Shown here one piece after another: positions 27,001 to 41,800 of a DNA stretch of 64,000 nt. Both the position numbers and the translations under genes were made by a program. The first letter of the stretch is position 1, and every line of letters begins with the position of its first letter. The notes under the pieces are model-generated. The model did no database searches. It worked only from the letters and a program-made list of their open reading frames with translations, and was not told the origin of the DNA. This DNA comes from the human T2T-CHM13v2.0 reference genome, Homo sapiens, in the NCBI RefSeq assembly GCF_009914755.1, contig NC_060925.1. The stretch is one strand, 5' to 3'.

Positions 27001-30000
27001 TGGAATCATCGCATAGAATCGAATGGAATTATCATCGAATGGAATCGAATGGAATCAACATCCAACGGAAAAAAACGGAATTATCGAATGGAATCGAAGA
27101 GAATCATCGAATGGACCCGAATGGAATCATGTAATGGAATGGAATGGAATAATCCATGGACTCGAATGCAATCATCATCGAATGGAATCGAATGGAATCA
27201 TCGAATGGACTCGAATGGAATAATCATTGAACGGAATCGAATGGAATCATCATCGGATGGAAATGAATGGAATCATCATCGAATGGAATCGAATTGAATT
27301 ATGGAATGAAATCCAGTGTGATCATCATCGAATGGACCCGAATGGAATCATCATCCAACGGAAGCTAATGGAATCAACATCGAATGAATCAAATGGAAAC
27401 ACCATCGAATTGAAACGAATGGAATTATCATGAAATTGAAATGGATGGACTCATCATCGAATGGATTCGAATGGAATCATCGAATAAAATTGATTGAAAT
27501 CATCATCGAATGGAATCGAATGGTATCATTGAATGGAATCGAATGGAATCATCATCAGATGGAAATGAATGGAATCGTCATAGAATGGAATCGAATGGAT
27601 TCATTGAATGGAATCAGATGGAATCATCGAATGGACTGGAATGGAATCATTGAATGGACTCGAAAGGGATCATTATTGAATGGAATTGAATGGAATCATC
27701 GAATGGTCTCGATTGGAATCATTATCAAATGGAATCGAATGGAATCACCGAATAGAATCGAATGGAACAATCATCGAATGGACTCAAATGGAATTATCCT
27801 CAAATGGAATCGAATGGAATTATCGAATGCAATCGAATGGAATTATCGAATGCAATCGAATAGAATCATCGAATGGACTCGAATGGAATCATCGAATGGA
27901 ATGGAATGGAACAGTCAATGAACTCGAATGGAATCATCATTGAATGGAATCGAATGGAATCATCGAGTGGAATCGAATGGAATTATGATCAAATGGAATC
28001 GAATGTAATCATCATCAAATGGAATCAAAAATAACCATCATCAATTGGTATTGAATGGAATTGTCATCAAATGGAATTCAAAGGAATCATCATCAAATGG
28101 AACCGAATGGAATCCTCATTGAATGGAAATGAAAGGGGTCATCATCTAATGGAATCGCATGGAATCATCATAAAATGGAATCGAATGAAATCAACATCAA
28201 ATGGAATCAAATGGAATCATTGAACGGAATTGAATGGAATCGTCATCGAATGAATTGGATGCAATCATCGAATGGTTTCGAATGGAATCTTCTTCAAATG
28301 GAATGGAATGGAATCATCGCATAGAATCGAATGGAATTATCATCGAATGGAATCGAATGGAATCAACATCAAACGGAAAAAAACGGAATTATCGAATGGA
28401 ATCGAAGAGAATCATCGAATGGACCCGAATGGAATCATCTAATGGAATGGAATGGAATAATCCATGGACTCGAATGCAATCATCATCGAATGGAATCGAA
28501 TGGAATCATCGAATGGACTCGAATGGAATAATCATTGAACGGAATCGATTGGAATCATCATCGGATGGAAACGAATGGAATCATCATCGAATGGAAATGA
28601 AAGGAGTCATCATCTAATGGAATTGCATGGAATCATCATAAAATGGAATCGAATGGAATCAACATCAAATGGAATCAAATGGAATCATTGAACGGAATTG
28701 AATGGAATCGTCATCGAATGAATTGACTGCAATCATCCAATGGTCTCGAATGGAATCATCTTCAAATGGAATGGAATGGAATCATCGCATAGAATCGAAT
28801 GGAATTATCATCGAATGGAATCGAATGGAATCAACATCCAACGGAAAAAAACGGAATTATCGAATGGAATCGAAGAGAATCATCGAATGGACCCGAATGG
28901 AATCATCTAATGGAATGGAATGGAATAATCCATGGACTCGAATGCAATCATCATCGAATGGAATCGAATGGAATCATCGAATGGACTCGAATGGAATAAT
29001 CATTGAACGGAATCGAATGGAATCATCATCGGATGGAAATGAATGGAATCATCATCGAATGGAATCGAATACAATTATGGAATGAAATCCAGTGTGATCA
29101 TCATCGAATGGACCCGAATGGAATCATCATCCAACGGAAGCTAATGGAATCAACATCGAATGAATCAAATGGAAACACCATCGAATTGAAACGAATGGAA
29201 TTATCATGAAATTGAAATGGATGGACTCATCATCGAATGGATTCGAAAGGAATCATCGAATAAAATTGATTGAAATCATCATCGAATGGAATCGAATGGT
29301 ATCATTGAATGGAATCGAATGGAATCATCATCAGATGGAAATGAATGGAATCGTCATAGAATGGAATCGAATGGATTCATTGAATGGAATCAGATGGAAT
29401 CATCGAATGGACTGGAATGGAATCATTGAATGGACTCGAAAGGGATCATGATTGAATGGAATTGAATGGAATCATCGAATGGTCTCGATTGGAATCATTA
29501 TCAAATGGAATCGAATGGAATCAAAGAATAGAATCGAATGGAACAATCATCGAATGGACTCAAATGGAATTATCCTCAAATGGAATCGAATGGAATTATC
29601 GAATGCAATCGAATAGAATGATCGAATGGACTCGAATGGAATCATCGAATGGAATGGAATGGAACAGTCAATGAACACGAATGGAATCATCATTGAATGG
29701 AATCGAATGGAATCATCGAGTGGAATCGAATGGAATTATGATCAAATGGAATCGAATGTAATCATCATCAAATGGAATCAAAAATAACCATCATCAATTG
29801 CTATTGAATGGAATTGTCATCAAATGGAATTCAAAGGAATCATCATCAAATGGAACCGAATGGAATCCTCATTGAATGGAAATGAAAGGGGTCATCATCT
29901 AATGGAATCGCATGGAATCATCATCAAATGGAATCGAATGGAATCATCATCAAATGGAATCTAATGGAATCATTGAACAGAATTGAATGGAATCGTCATC

Positions 30001-32100
30001 GAATGAATTGAATGCAATCATCGAATGGTCTCGAATGGAATCATCTTCTAATGGAAAGGAATGGAATCATCGCATAGAATCGAATGGAATTATCATCGAA
30101 TGGAATCGAATGGTATCAACACCAAACGGAAAAAAACGGAATTATCGAATGGAATCGAAGAGAATCTTCGAACGGACCCGAATGGAATCATCTAATGGAA
30201 TGGAATGGAATAATCCATGGACTCGAATGCAATCATCATCGAATGGAATCGAATGGAATCATCGAATGGACTCGAATGGAATAATCATTGAACGGAATCG
30301 AATGGAATCATCATCGGATGGAAACGAATGGAATCATCATCGAATGGAAATGAAAGGAGTCATCATCTAATGGAATTGCATGGAATCATCATAAAATGGA
30401 ATCGAATGGAATCAACATCAAATGGAATCAAATGGAATCATTGAACGGAATTGAATGGAATCGTCATCGAATGAATTGACTGCAATCATCGAATGGTCTC
30501 GAATGGAATCATCTTCAAATGGAATGGAATGGAATCATCGCATAGAATCGAATGGAATTATCATCGAATGGAATCGAATGGAATCAACATCAAACGGAAA
30601 AAAACGGAATTATCGAATGGAATCGAAGAGAATCATCGAATGGACCCGAATGGAATCATCTAATGGAATGGAATGTAATAATCCATGGACTCGAATGCAA
30701 TCATCATCGAATGGAATCGAATGGAATCATCGAATGGACTCGAATGGAATAATCATTGAACGGAATCGAATGGAATCATCATCGGATGGAAATGAATGGA
30801 ATCATCATCGAATGGAATCGAATAGAATTATGGAATGAAATCCAGTGTGATCATCATCGAATGGACCCGAATGGAATCATCATCCAACGGAAGCTAATGG
30901 AATCAACATCGAATGAATCGAATGGAAACACCATCGAATTGAAACGAATGGAATTATCATGAAATTGAAATGGATGGACTCATCATCGAATGGATTCGAA
31001 TGGAATCATCGAATAAAATTGATTGAAATCATCATCCAATGGAATCGAATGGTATCATTGAATGGAATCGAATGGAATCATCATCAGATGGAAATGAATG
31101 GAATCGTCATAGAATGGAATCGAATGGATTCATTGAATGGAATCAGATGGAATCATCGAATGGACTGGAATGGAATCATTGAATGGACTCGAAAGGGATC
31201 ATGATTGAATGGAATTGAATGGAATCATCGAATGGTCTCGATTGGAATCATTATCAAATGGAATCGAATGGAATCACCGAATAGAATCGAATGGAACAAT
31301 CATCGAATGGACTCAAATGGAATTATCCTCAAATGGAATCGAATGGAATTATCGAATGCAATCGAATGGAATTATCGAATGCAATCGAATAGAATCATCG
31401 AATGGACTCGAATGGAATCATCGAATGGAATGGAATGGAACAGTCAATGAACACGAATGGAATCATCATTGAATGGAATCGAATGGAATCATCGAGTGGA
31501 ATTGAATGGAATTATGATCAAATGGAATCGAATGTAATCATCATCAAATGGAATCAAAAATAACCATCATCAATTGGTATTGAATGGAATTGTCATCAAA
31601 TGGAATTCAAAGGAATCATCATCAAATGGAACCGAATGGAATCCTCATTGAATGGAAATGAAAGGGGTCATCATCTAATGGAATCGCATGGAATCATCAC
31701 CAAATGGAATCGAATGGAATCATCATCAAATGGAATCTAATGGAATCATTGAACAGAATTGAATGGAATCGTCATCGAATGAATTGAATGCAATCATCGA
31801 ATGGTCTCGAATGGAATCATCTTCTAATGGAAAGGAATGGAATCATCGCATAGAATGGAATGGAATTATCATCGAATGGAATCGAATGGTATCAACACCA
31901 AACGGAAAAAAACGGAATTATCGAATGGAATCGAAGAGAATCTTCGAACGGACCCGAATGGAATCATCTAATGGAATGGAATGGAATAATCCATGGACTC
32001 GAATGCAATCATCATCGAATGGAATCGAATGGAATCATCGAATGGACTCGAATGGAATAATCATTGAACGGAATCGAATGGAATCATCATCGGATGGAAA

Positions 32101-35100
32101 CGAATGGAATCATCATCGAATGGAAATGAAAGGAGTCATCATCTAATGCAATTGCATGGAATCATCATCAAATGGAATCGAATGGAATCAACATCAAATG
32201 GAATCTAATGGAATCATTGAACAGAATTGAATGGAATCGTCATCGAATGAATTGACTGCAATCATCGAATGGTCTCGAATGGAATCATCTTCTAATGGAA
32301 AGGAATGGAATCATCGCATAGAATCGAATGGAATTATCATCGAATGGAATCGAATGGTATCAACACCAAACGGAAAAAAACGGAATTATCGAAAGGAATC
32401 GAAGAGAATCTTCGAACGGACCCGAATGGAATCATCTAATGGAATGGAATGGAATAATCCATGGACTCGAATGCAATCATCATCGAATGGAATCGAATGG
32501 AATCATCGAATGGACTCGAATGGAATAATCATTGAACGGAATCGAATGGAATCATCATCGGATGGAAATGAATGGAATCATCATCGAATGGAATCGAATA
32601 GAATTATGGAATGAAATCCAGTGTGATCATCATCGAATGGACCCGAATGGAATCATCATCCAACAGAAGCTAATGGAATCAACATCGAATGAATCGAATG
32701 GAAACACCATCGAATTCAAACGAATGGAATTACCATGAAATTGAAATGGATGGACTCATCATCGAATGGATTCGGATGGAATCATCGAATAAAATTGATT
32801 GAAATCATCATCGAATGGAATCGAATGGTATCATTGAATGGAATCGAATGGAATCATCATCAGATGGAAATGAATGGAATCGTCATAGAATGGAATCGAA
32901 TGGATTCATTGAATGGAATCAGATGGAATCATCGAATGGACTGGAATGGAATCATTGAATGGACTCGAAAGGGATCATGATTGAATGGAATTGAATGGAA
33001 TCATCGAATGGTCTCGATTGGAATCATTATTAAATGGAATCGAATGGAATCACCGAATAGAATCGAATGGAACAATCATCGAATGGACTCAAATGGAATT
33101 ATCCTCAAATGGAATCGAATGGAATTATCAAATGCAATCGAATGGAATTATCGAATGCTATCGAATAGAATCATCGAATGGACTCGAATGGAATCATCGA
33201 ATGGAATGGAATGGAACAGTCAATGAACTCGAATGGAATCATCATTGAATGGAATCGAATGTAATCATCGAGTGGAATCGAATGGAATTATGATCAAATG
33301 GAATCGAATGTAATCATCATCAAATGGAATCAAAAATAACCATCATCAATTGGTATTGAATGGAATTGTCATCAAATGGAATTCAAAGGAATCATCATCA
33401 AATGGAACCGAATGGAATCCTCATTGAATGGAAATGAAAGGGGTCATCATCTAATGGAATCGCATGGAATCATCATCAAATGGAATCGAATGGAATCATC
33501 ATCAAATGGAATCTAATGGAATCATTGAACAGAATTGAATGGAATCGTCATCGAATGAATTGAATGCAATCATCGAATGGTCTCGAATGGAATCATCTTC
33601 TAATGGAAAGGAATGGAATCATCGCATAGAATCGAATGGAATTATCATCGAATGGAATCGAATGGTATCAACACCAAACGGAAAAAAACGGAATTATCGA
33701 ATGGAATCGAAGAGAATCTTCGAACGGACCCGAATGGAATCATCTAATGGAATGGAATGGAATAATCCATGGACTCGAATGCAATCATCATCGAATGGAA
33801 TCGAATGGAATCATCGAATGGACTCGAATGGAATAATCATTGAACGGAATCGAATGGAATCATCATCGGATGGAAACGAACGGAATCATCATCGAATGGA
33901 AATGAAAGGAGTCATCATCTAATGGAATTGCATGGAATCATCATAAAATGGAATCGAATGGAATCAACATCAAATGGAATCAAATGGAATCATTGAACGG
34001 AATTGAATGGAATCGTCATCGAATGAATTGACTGCAATCATCGAATGGTCTCGAATGGAATCATCTTCAAATGGAATGGAATGGAATCATCGCATAGAAT
34101 CGAATGGAATTATCATCGAATGGAATCGAATGGAATCAACATCAAACGGAAAAAAACAGAATTATCGTATGGAATCGAAGAGAATCATCGAGTGGACCCG
34201 AATGGAATCATCTAATGGAATGGAATGGAATAATCCATGGACTCGAACGCAATCATCATCGAATGGAATCGAATGGAATCATCGAATGGACTCGAATGGA
34301 ATAATCATTGAACGGAATCGAATGGAATCATCATCGGATGGAAATGAATGGAATCATCATCGAATGGAATCGAATAGAATTATGGAATTAAATCCAGTGT
34401 TATCATCATCGAATGGACCCGAATGGAATCATCATCCAACGGAAGCTAATGGAATCAACATCGAATGAATCGAATGGAAACACCATCGAATTGAAACGAA
34501 TGGAATTATCATGAAATTGAAATGGATGGACTCATCATCGAATGGATTCGAATGGAATCATCGAATAAAATTGATTGAAATCATCATCCAATGGAATCGA
34601 ATGGTATCATTGAATGGAATCGAATGGAATCATCATCAGATGGAAATGAATGGAATCGTCATAGAATGGAATCGAATGGATTCATTGAATGGAATCAGAT
34701 GGAATCATCGAATGGACTGGAATGGAATCATTGAATGGACTCGAAAGGGATCATGATTGAATGGAATTGAATGGAATCATCGAATGGTCTCGATTGGAAT
34801 CATTATCAAATGGAATCGAATGGAATCATCGAATAGAATCGAATGGAACAATCATCGAATGGACTCAAATGGAATTATCCTCAAATGGAATCGAATGGAA
34901 TTATCGAATGCAATCGAATGGAATTATCGAATGCAATCGAATAGAATCATCGAATGGACTCGAATGGAATCATCGAATGGAATGGAATGGAACAGTCAAT
35001 GAACACGAATGGAATCATCATTGAATGGAATCGAATGGAATCATCGAGTGGAATCGAATGGAATTATGATCAAATGGAATCGAATGTAATCATCATCAAA

Positions 35101-38100
35101 TGGAATCAAAAATAACCATCATCAATTGCTATTGAATGGAATTGTCATCAAATGGAATTCAAAGGAATCATCATCAAATGGAACCGAATGGAATCATCAT
35201 CGAATGGAAATGAAAGGAGTCATCATCTAATGCAATTGCATGGAATCATCCTCAAATGGAATCGAATGGAATCAACATCAAATGGAATCTAATGGAATCA
35301 TTGAACAGAATTGAATGGAATCGTCATCGAATGAATTGACTGCAATCATCGAATGGTCTCGAATGGAATCATCTTCTAATGGAAAGGAATGGAATCATCG
35401 CATAGAATCGAATGGAATTATCATCGAATGGAATCGAATGGTATCAACACCAAACGGAAAAAAACGGAATTATCGAAAGGAATCGAAGAGAATCTTCGAA
35501 CGGACCCGAATGGAATCATCTAATGGAATGGAATGGAATAATCCATGGACTCGAATGCAATCATCATCGAATGGAATCGAATGGAATCATCGAATGGACT
35601 CGAATGGAATAATCATTGAACGGAATCGAATGGAATCATCATCGGATGGAAATGAATGGAATCATCATCGAATGGAATCGAATAGAATTATGGAATGAAA
35701 TCCAGTGTGATCATCATCGAATGGACCCGAATGGAATCATCATCCAACAGAAGCTAATGGAATCAACATCGAATGAATCGAATGGAAACACCATCGAATT
35801 CAAACGAATGGAATTACCATGAAATTGAAATGGATGGACTCATCATCGAATGGATTCGGATGGAATCATCGAATAAAATTGATTGAAATCATCATCGAAT
35901 GGAATCGAATGGTATCATTGAATGGAATCGAATGGAATCATCATCAGATGGAAATGAATGGAATCGTCATAGAATGGAATCGAATGGATTCATTGAATGG
36001 AATCAGATGGAATCATCGAATGGACTGGAATGGAATCATTGAATGGACTCGAAAGGGATCATGATTGAATGGAATTGAATGGAATCATCGAATGGTCTCG
36101 ATTGGAATCATTATTAAATGGAATCGAATGGAATCACCGAATAGAATCGAATGGAACAATCATCGAATGGACTCAAATGGAATTATCCTCAAATGGAATC
36201 GAATGGAATTATCAAATGCAATCGAATGGAATTATCGAATGCAATCGAATAGAATCATCGAATGGACTCGAATGGAATCATCGAATGGAATGGAATGGAA
36301 CAGTCAATGAACTCGAATGGAATCATCATTGAATGGAATCGAATGTAATCATCGAGTGGAATCGAATGGAATTATGATCAAATGGAATCGAATGTAATCA
36401 TCATCAAATGGAATCAAAAATAACCATCATCAATTGGTATTGAATGGAATTGTCATCAAATGGAATTCAAAGGAATCATCATCAAATGGAACCGAATGGA
36501 ATCCTCATTGAATGGAAATGAAAGGGGTCATCATCTAATGGAATCGCATGGAATCATCATCAAATGGAATCGAATGGAATCATCATCAAATGGAATCTAA
36601 TGGAATCATTGAACAGAATTGAATGGAATCGTCATCGAATGAATTGAATGCAATCATCGAATGGTCTCGAATGGAATCATCTTCTAATGGAAAGGAATGG
36701 AATCATCGCATAGAATCGAATGGAATTATCATCGAATGGAATCGAATGGTATCAACACCAAACGGAAAAAAACGGAATTATCGAATGGAATCGAAGAGAA
36801 TCTTCGAACGGACCCGAATGGAATCATCTAATGGAATGGAATGGAATAATCCATGGACTCGAATGCAATCATCATCGAATGGAATCGAATGGAATCATCG
36901 AATGGACTCGAATGGAATAATCATTGAACGGAATCGAATGGAATCATCATCGGATGGAAACGAATGGAATCATCATCGAATGGAAATGAAAGGAGTCATC
37001 ATCTAATGGAATTGCATGGAATCATCATAAAATGGAATCGAATGGAATCAACATCAAATGGAATCAAATGGAATCATTGAACGGAATTGAATGGAATCGT
37101 CATCGAATGAATTGACTGCAATCATCGAATGGTCTCGAATGGAATCATCTTCAAATGGAATGGAATGGAATCATCGCATAGAATCGAATGGAATTATCAT
37201 CGAATGGAATCGAATGGAATCAACATCAAACGGAAAAAAACAGAATTATCGTATGGAATCGAAGAGAATAATCGAGTGGACCCGAATGGAATCATCTAAT
37301 GGAATGGAATGGAATAATCCATGGACTCGAATGCAATCATCATCGAATGGAATCGAATGGAATCATCGAATGGACTCGAATGGAATAATCATTGAACGGA
37401 ATCGAATGGAATCATCATCGGATGGAAATGAATGGAATCATCATCGAATGGAATCGAATAGAATTATGGAATGAAATCCAGTGTGATCATCATCGAATGG
37501 ACCCGAATGGAATCATCATCCAACGGAAGCTAATGGAATCAACATCGAATGAATCGAATGGAAACACCATCGAATTGAAACGAATGGAATTATCATGAAA
37601 TTGAAACGGATGGACTCATCATCGAATGGATTCGAATGGAATCATCGAATAAAATTGATTGAAATCATCATCGAATGGAATCGAATGGTATCATTGAATG
37701 GAATCGAATGGAATCATCATCAGATGGAAATGAATGGAATCGTCATAGAATGGAATCGAATGGATTCATTGAATGGAATCAGATGGAATCATCGAATGGA
37801 CTGGAATGGAATCATTGAATGGACTCGAAAGGGATCATGATTGAATGGAATTGAATGGAATCATCGAATGGTCTCGATTGGAATCATTATCAAATGGAAT
37901 CGAATGGAATCACCGAATAGAATCGAATGGAACAATCATCGAATGGACTCAAATGGAATTATCCTCAAATGGAATCGAATGGAATTATCGAATGCAATCG
38001 AATGGAATTATCGAATGCAATCGAATAGAATCATCGAATGGACTCGAATGGAATCATCGAATGGAATGGAATGGAACAGTCAATGAACTCGAATGGAATC

Positions 38101-38268
38101 ATCACTGAATGGAATCGAATGGAATCATCGAGTGGAATCGAATGGAATTATGATCAAATGGAATCGAATGTAATCATCATCAAATGGAATCAAAAATAAC
38201 CATCATCAATTGGTATTGAATGGAATTGTCATCAAATGGAATTCAATGAATCATCATCAAATGGAACC
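32101..38268 (+). repeat. 3084-bp tandem duplication (1308+1776), distal parts diverged
   Basis: Offsets 32231/35315, 33539/36623 and 34007/37091. Shared markers ATTATCAAATGC, GAATGTAATCATCGAG, ACAGAATTATCGTATGG and CGAGTGGACCC. Confidence 0.8.
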
Positions 38269-38865
38269 GAATGGAATCCTCATTGAATGGAAATGAAAGG
38301 GGTCATCATCTAATGGAATCGCATGGAATCATCATCAAATGGAATCGAATGGAATCATCATCAAATGGAATCTAATGGAATCATTGAACAGAATTGAATG
38401 GAATCGTCATCGAATGAATTGAATGCAATCATCGAATGGTCTCGAATGGAATCATCTTCTAATGGAAAGGAATGGAATCATCGCATAGAATCGAATGGAA
38501 TTATCATCGAATGGAATCGAATGGTATCAACACCAAACGGAAAAAAACGGAATTATCGAATGGAATCGAAGAGAATCTTCGAACGGACCCGAATGGAATC
38601 ATCTAATGGAATGGAATGGAATAATCCATGGACTCGAATGCAATCATCATCGAATGGAATCGAATGGAATCATCGAATGGACTCGAATGGAATAATCATT
38701 GAACGGAATCGAATGGAATCATCATCGGATGGAAATGAATAGAATCATCATCGAATGGAAATGAAAGGAGTCATCATCTAATGGAATTGCATGGAATCAT
38801 CATAAAATGGAATCGAATGGAATCAACATCAAATGGAATCAAATGGAATCATTGAACGGAATTGA

Positions 38866-41800
38866 ATGGAATCGTCATCGAATGAATTGACTGCAATCAT
38901 CGAATGGTCTCGAATGGAATCATCTTCAAATGGAATGGAATGGAATCATCGCATAGAATCGAATGGAATTATCATCGAATGGAATCGAATGGAATCAACA
39001 TCAAACGGAAAAAAACGGAATTATCGAATGGAATCGAAGAGAATCATCGAATGGACCCGAATGGAATCATCTAATGGAATGGAATGGAATAATCCATGGA
39101 CTCGAATGCAATCATCATCGAATGGAATCGAATGGAATCATCGAATGGACTCGAATGGAATAATCATTGAACGGAATCGAATGGAATCATCATCGGATGG
39201 AAATGAATGGAATCATCATCGAATGGAATCGAATAGAATTATGGAATGAAATCCAGTGTGATCATCATCGAATGGACCCGAATGGAATCATCATCCAACA
39301 GAAGCTAATGGAATCAACATCGAATGAATCGAATGGAAACACCATCGAATTGAAACGAATGGAATTATCATGAAATTGAAATGGATGGACTCATCATCGA
39401 ATGGATTCGAATGGAATCATCGAATAAAATTGATTGAAATCATCATCGAATGGAATCGAATGGTATCATTGAATGGAATCGAATGGAATCATCATCAGAT
39501 GGAAATGAATGGAATCGTCATAGAATGGAATCGAATGGATTCATTGAATGGAATCAGATGGAATCATCGAATGGACTGGAATGGAATCATTGAATGGACT
39601 CGAAAGGGATCATGATTGAATGGAATTGAATGGAATCATCGAATGGTCTCGATTGGAATCATTACCAAATGGAATCGAATGGAATCACCGAATAGAATCG
39701 AATGGAACAATCATCGAATGGACTCAAATGGAATTATCCTCAAATGGAATCGAATGGAATTATCGAATGCAATCGAATGGAATTATCGAATGCAATCGAA
39801 TAGAATCATCGAAAGGACTCGAATGGAATCATCGAATGGAATGGAATGGAACAGTCAATGAACTCGAATGGAATCATCATTGAATGGAATCGAATGGAAT
39901 CATCGAGTGGAATCGAATGGAATTATGATCAAATGGAATCAAATGTAATCATCATCAAATGGAATCAAAAATAACCATCATCAATTGGTATTGAATGGAA
40001 TTGTCATCAAATGGAATTCAAAGGAATCATCATCAAATGGAACCGAATGGAATCCTCATTGAATGGAAATGAAAGGGGTCATCATCTAATGGAATCGCAT
40101 GGAATCATCATCAAATGGAATCGAATGGAATCATCATCAAATGGAATCTAATGGAATCATTGAACAGAATTGAATGGAATCGTCATCGAATGAATTGAAT
40201 GCAATCATCGAATGGTCTCGAATGGAATCATCTTCTAATGGAAAGGAATGGAATCATCGCATAGAATCGAATGGAATTATCATCGAATGGAATCGAATGG
40301 TATCAACACCAAACGGAAAAAAACGGAATTATCGAATGGAATCGAAGAGAATCTTCGAACGGACCCGAATGGAATCATCTAATGGAATGGAATGGAATAA
40401 TCCATGGACTCGAATGCAATCATCATCGAATGGAATCGAATGGAATCATCGAATGGACTCGAATGGAATAATCATTGAACGGAATCGAATGGAATCATCA
40501 TCGGATGGAAACGAATGGAATCATCATCGAATGGAAATGAAAGGAGTCATCATCTAATGGAATTGCATGGAATCATCATAAAATGGAATCGAATGGAATC
40601 AACATCAAATCGAATCAAACGGAATCATTGAACGGAATTGAATGGAATCGTCATCGAATGAATTGACTGCAATCATCGAATGGTCTCGAATGGAATCATC
40701 TTCAAATGGAATGGAATGGAATCATCGCATAGAATCGAATGGAATTATCACCGAAAGCAATTGAATGGAATCAACATCAAACGGAAAAAAACGGAATTAT
40801 CGAATGGAATCGAAGAGAATCATCGAATGGACCCGAATGGAATCATCTAATGGAATGGAATGGAATAATCCATGGACTCGAATGCAATCATCATCGAATG
40901 GAATCGAATGGAATCATCGAATGAACTCGAATGGAATCATCATTGAATGGAATCGAATGGAATCATCGAGTGGAATCGAATGGAATTATGATCAAATGGA
41001 ATCGAATGTAATCATCATCAAATGGAATCAAAAATAACCATCATCAATTGGTATTCAATGGAATTGTCATCAAATGGAATTCAAAGGAATCATCATCAAA
41101 TGGAACCGAATGGAATCCTCATTGAATGGAAATGAAAGGGGTCATCATCTAATGGAATCACATGGAATCATCATCAAATGGAATCGAATGGAATCTTCAT
41201 CAAATGGAATCTAATGGAATCATTGAACAGAATTGAATGGAATCGTCATCGAATGAATTGAATGCAATCATCGAATGGTCTCGAATGGAATCATCTTCTA
41301 ATGGAAAGGAATGGAATCATCGCATAGAATCGAATGGAATTATCATCGAATGGAATCGAATGGTATCAACACCAAACGGAAAAAAACGGAATTATCGAAA
41401 GGAATCGAAGAGAATCTTCGAACGGACCCGAATGGAATCATCTAATGGAATGGAATGGAATAATCCATGGACTCGAATGCAATCATCATCGAATGGAATC
41501 GAATGGAATCATCGAATGGACTCGAATGGAATAATCATTGAACGCAATCGAATGGAATCATCATCGGATGGAAATGAATGGAATCATCATCGAATGGAAT
41601 CGAATAGAATTATGGAATGAAATCCAGTGTGATCATCATCGAATGGACCCGAATGGAATCATCATCCAACAGAAGCTAATGGAATCAACATCGAATGAAT
41701 CGAATGGAAACACCATCGAATTCAAACGAATGGAATTACCATGAAATTGAAATGGATGGACTCATCATCGAATGGATTCGGATGGAATCATCGAATAAAA

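Noticed and set aside
38240-38255. 1-bp shorter unit (ATTCAATGAATC, 1775 bp)
   Set aside because: A singleton small indel; could be a private mutation or sequencing error and is not structurally informative.
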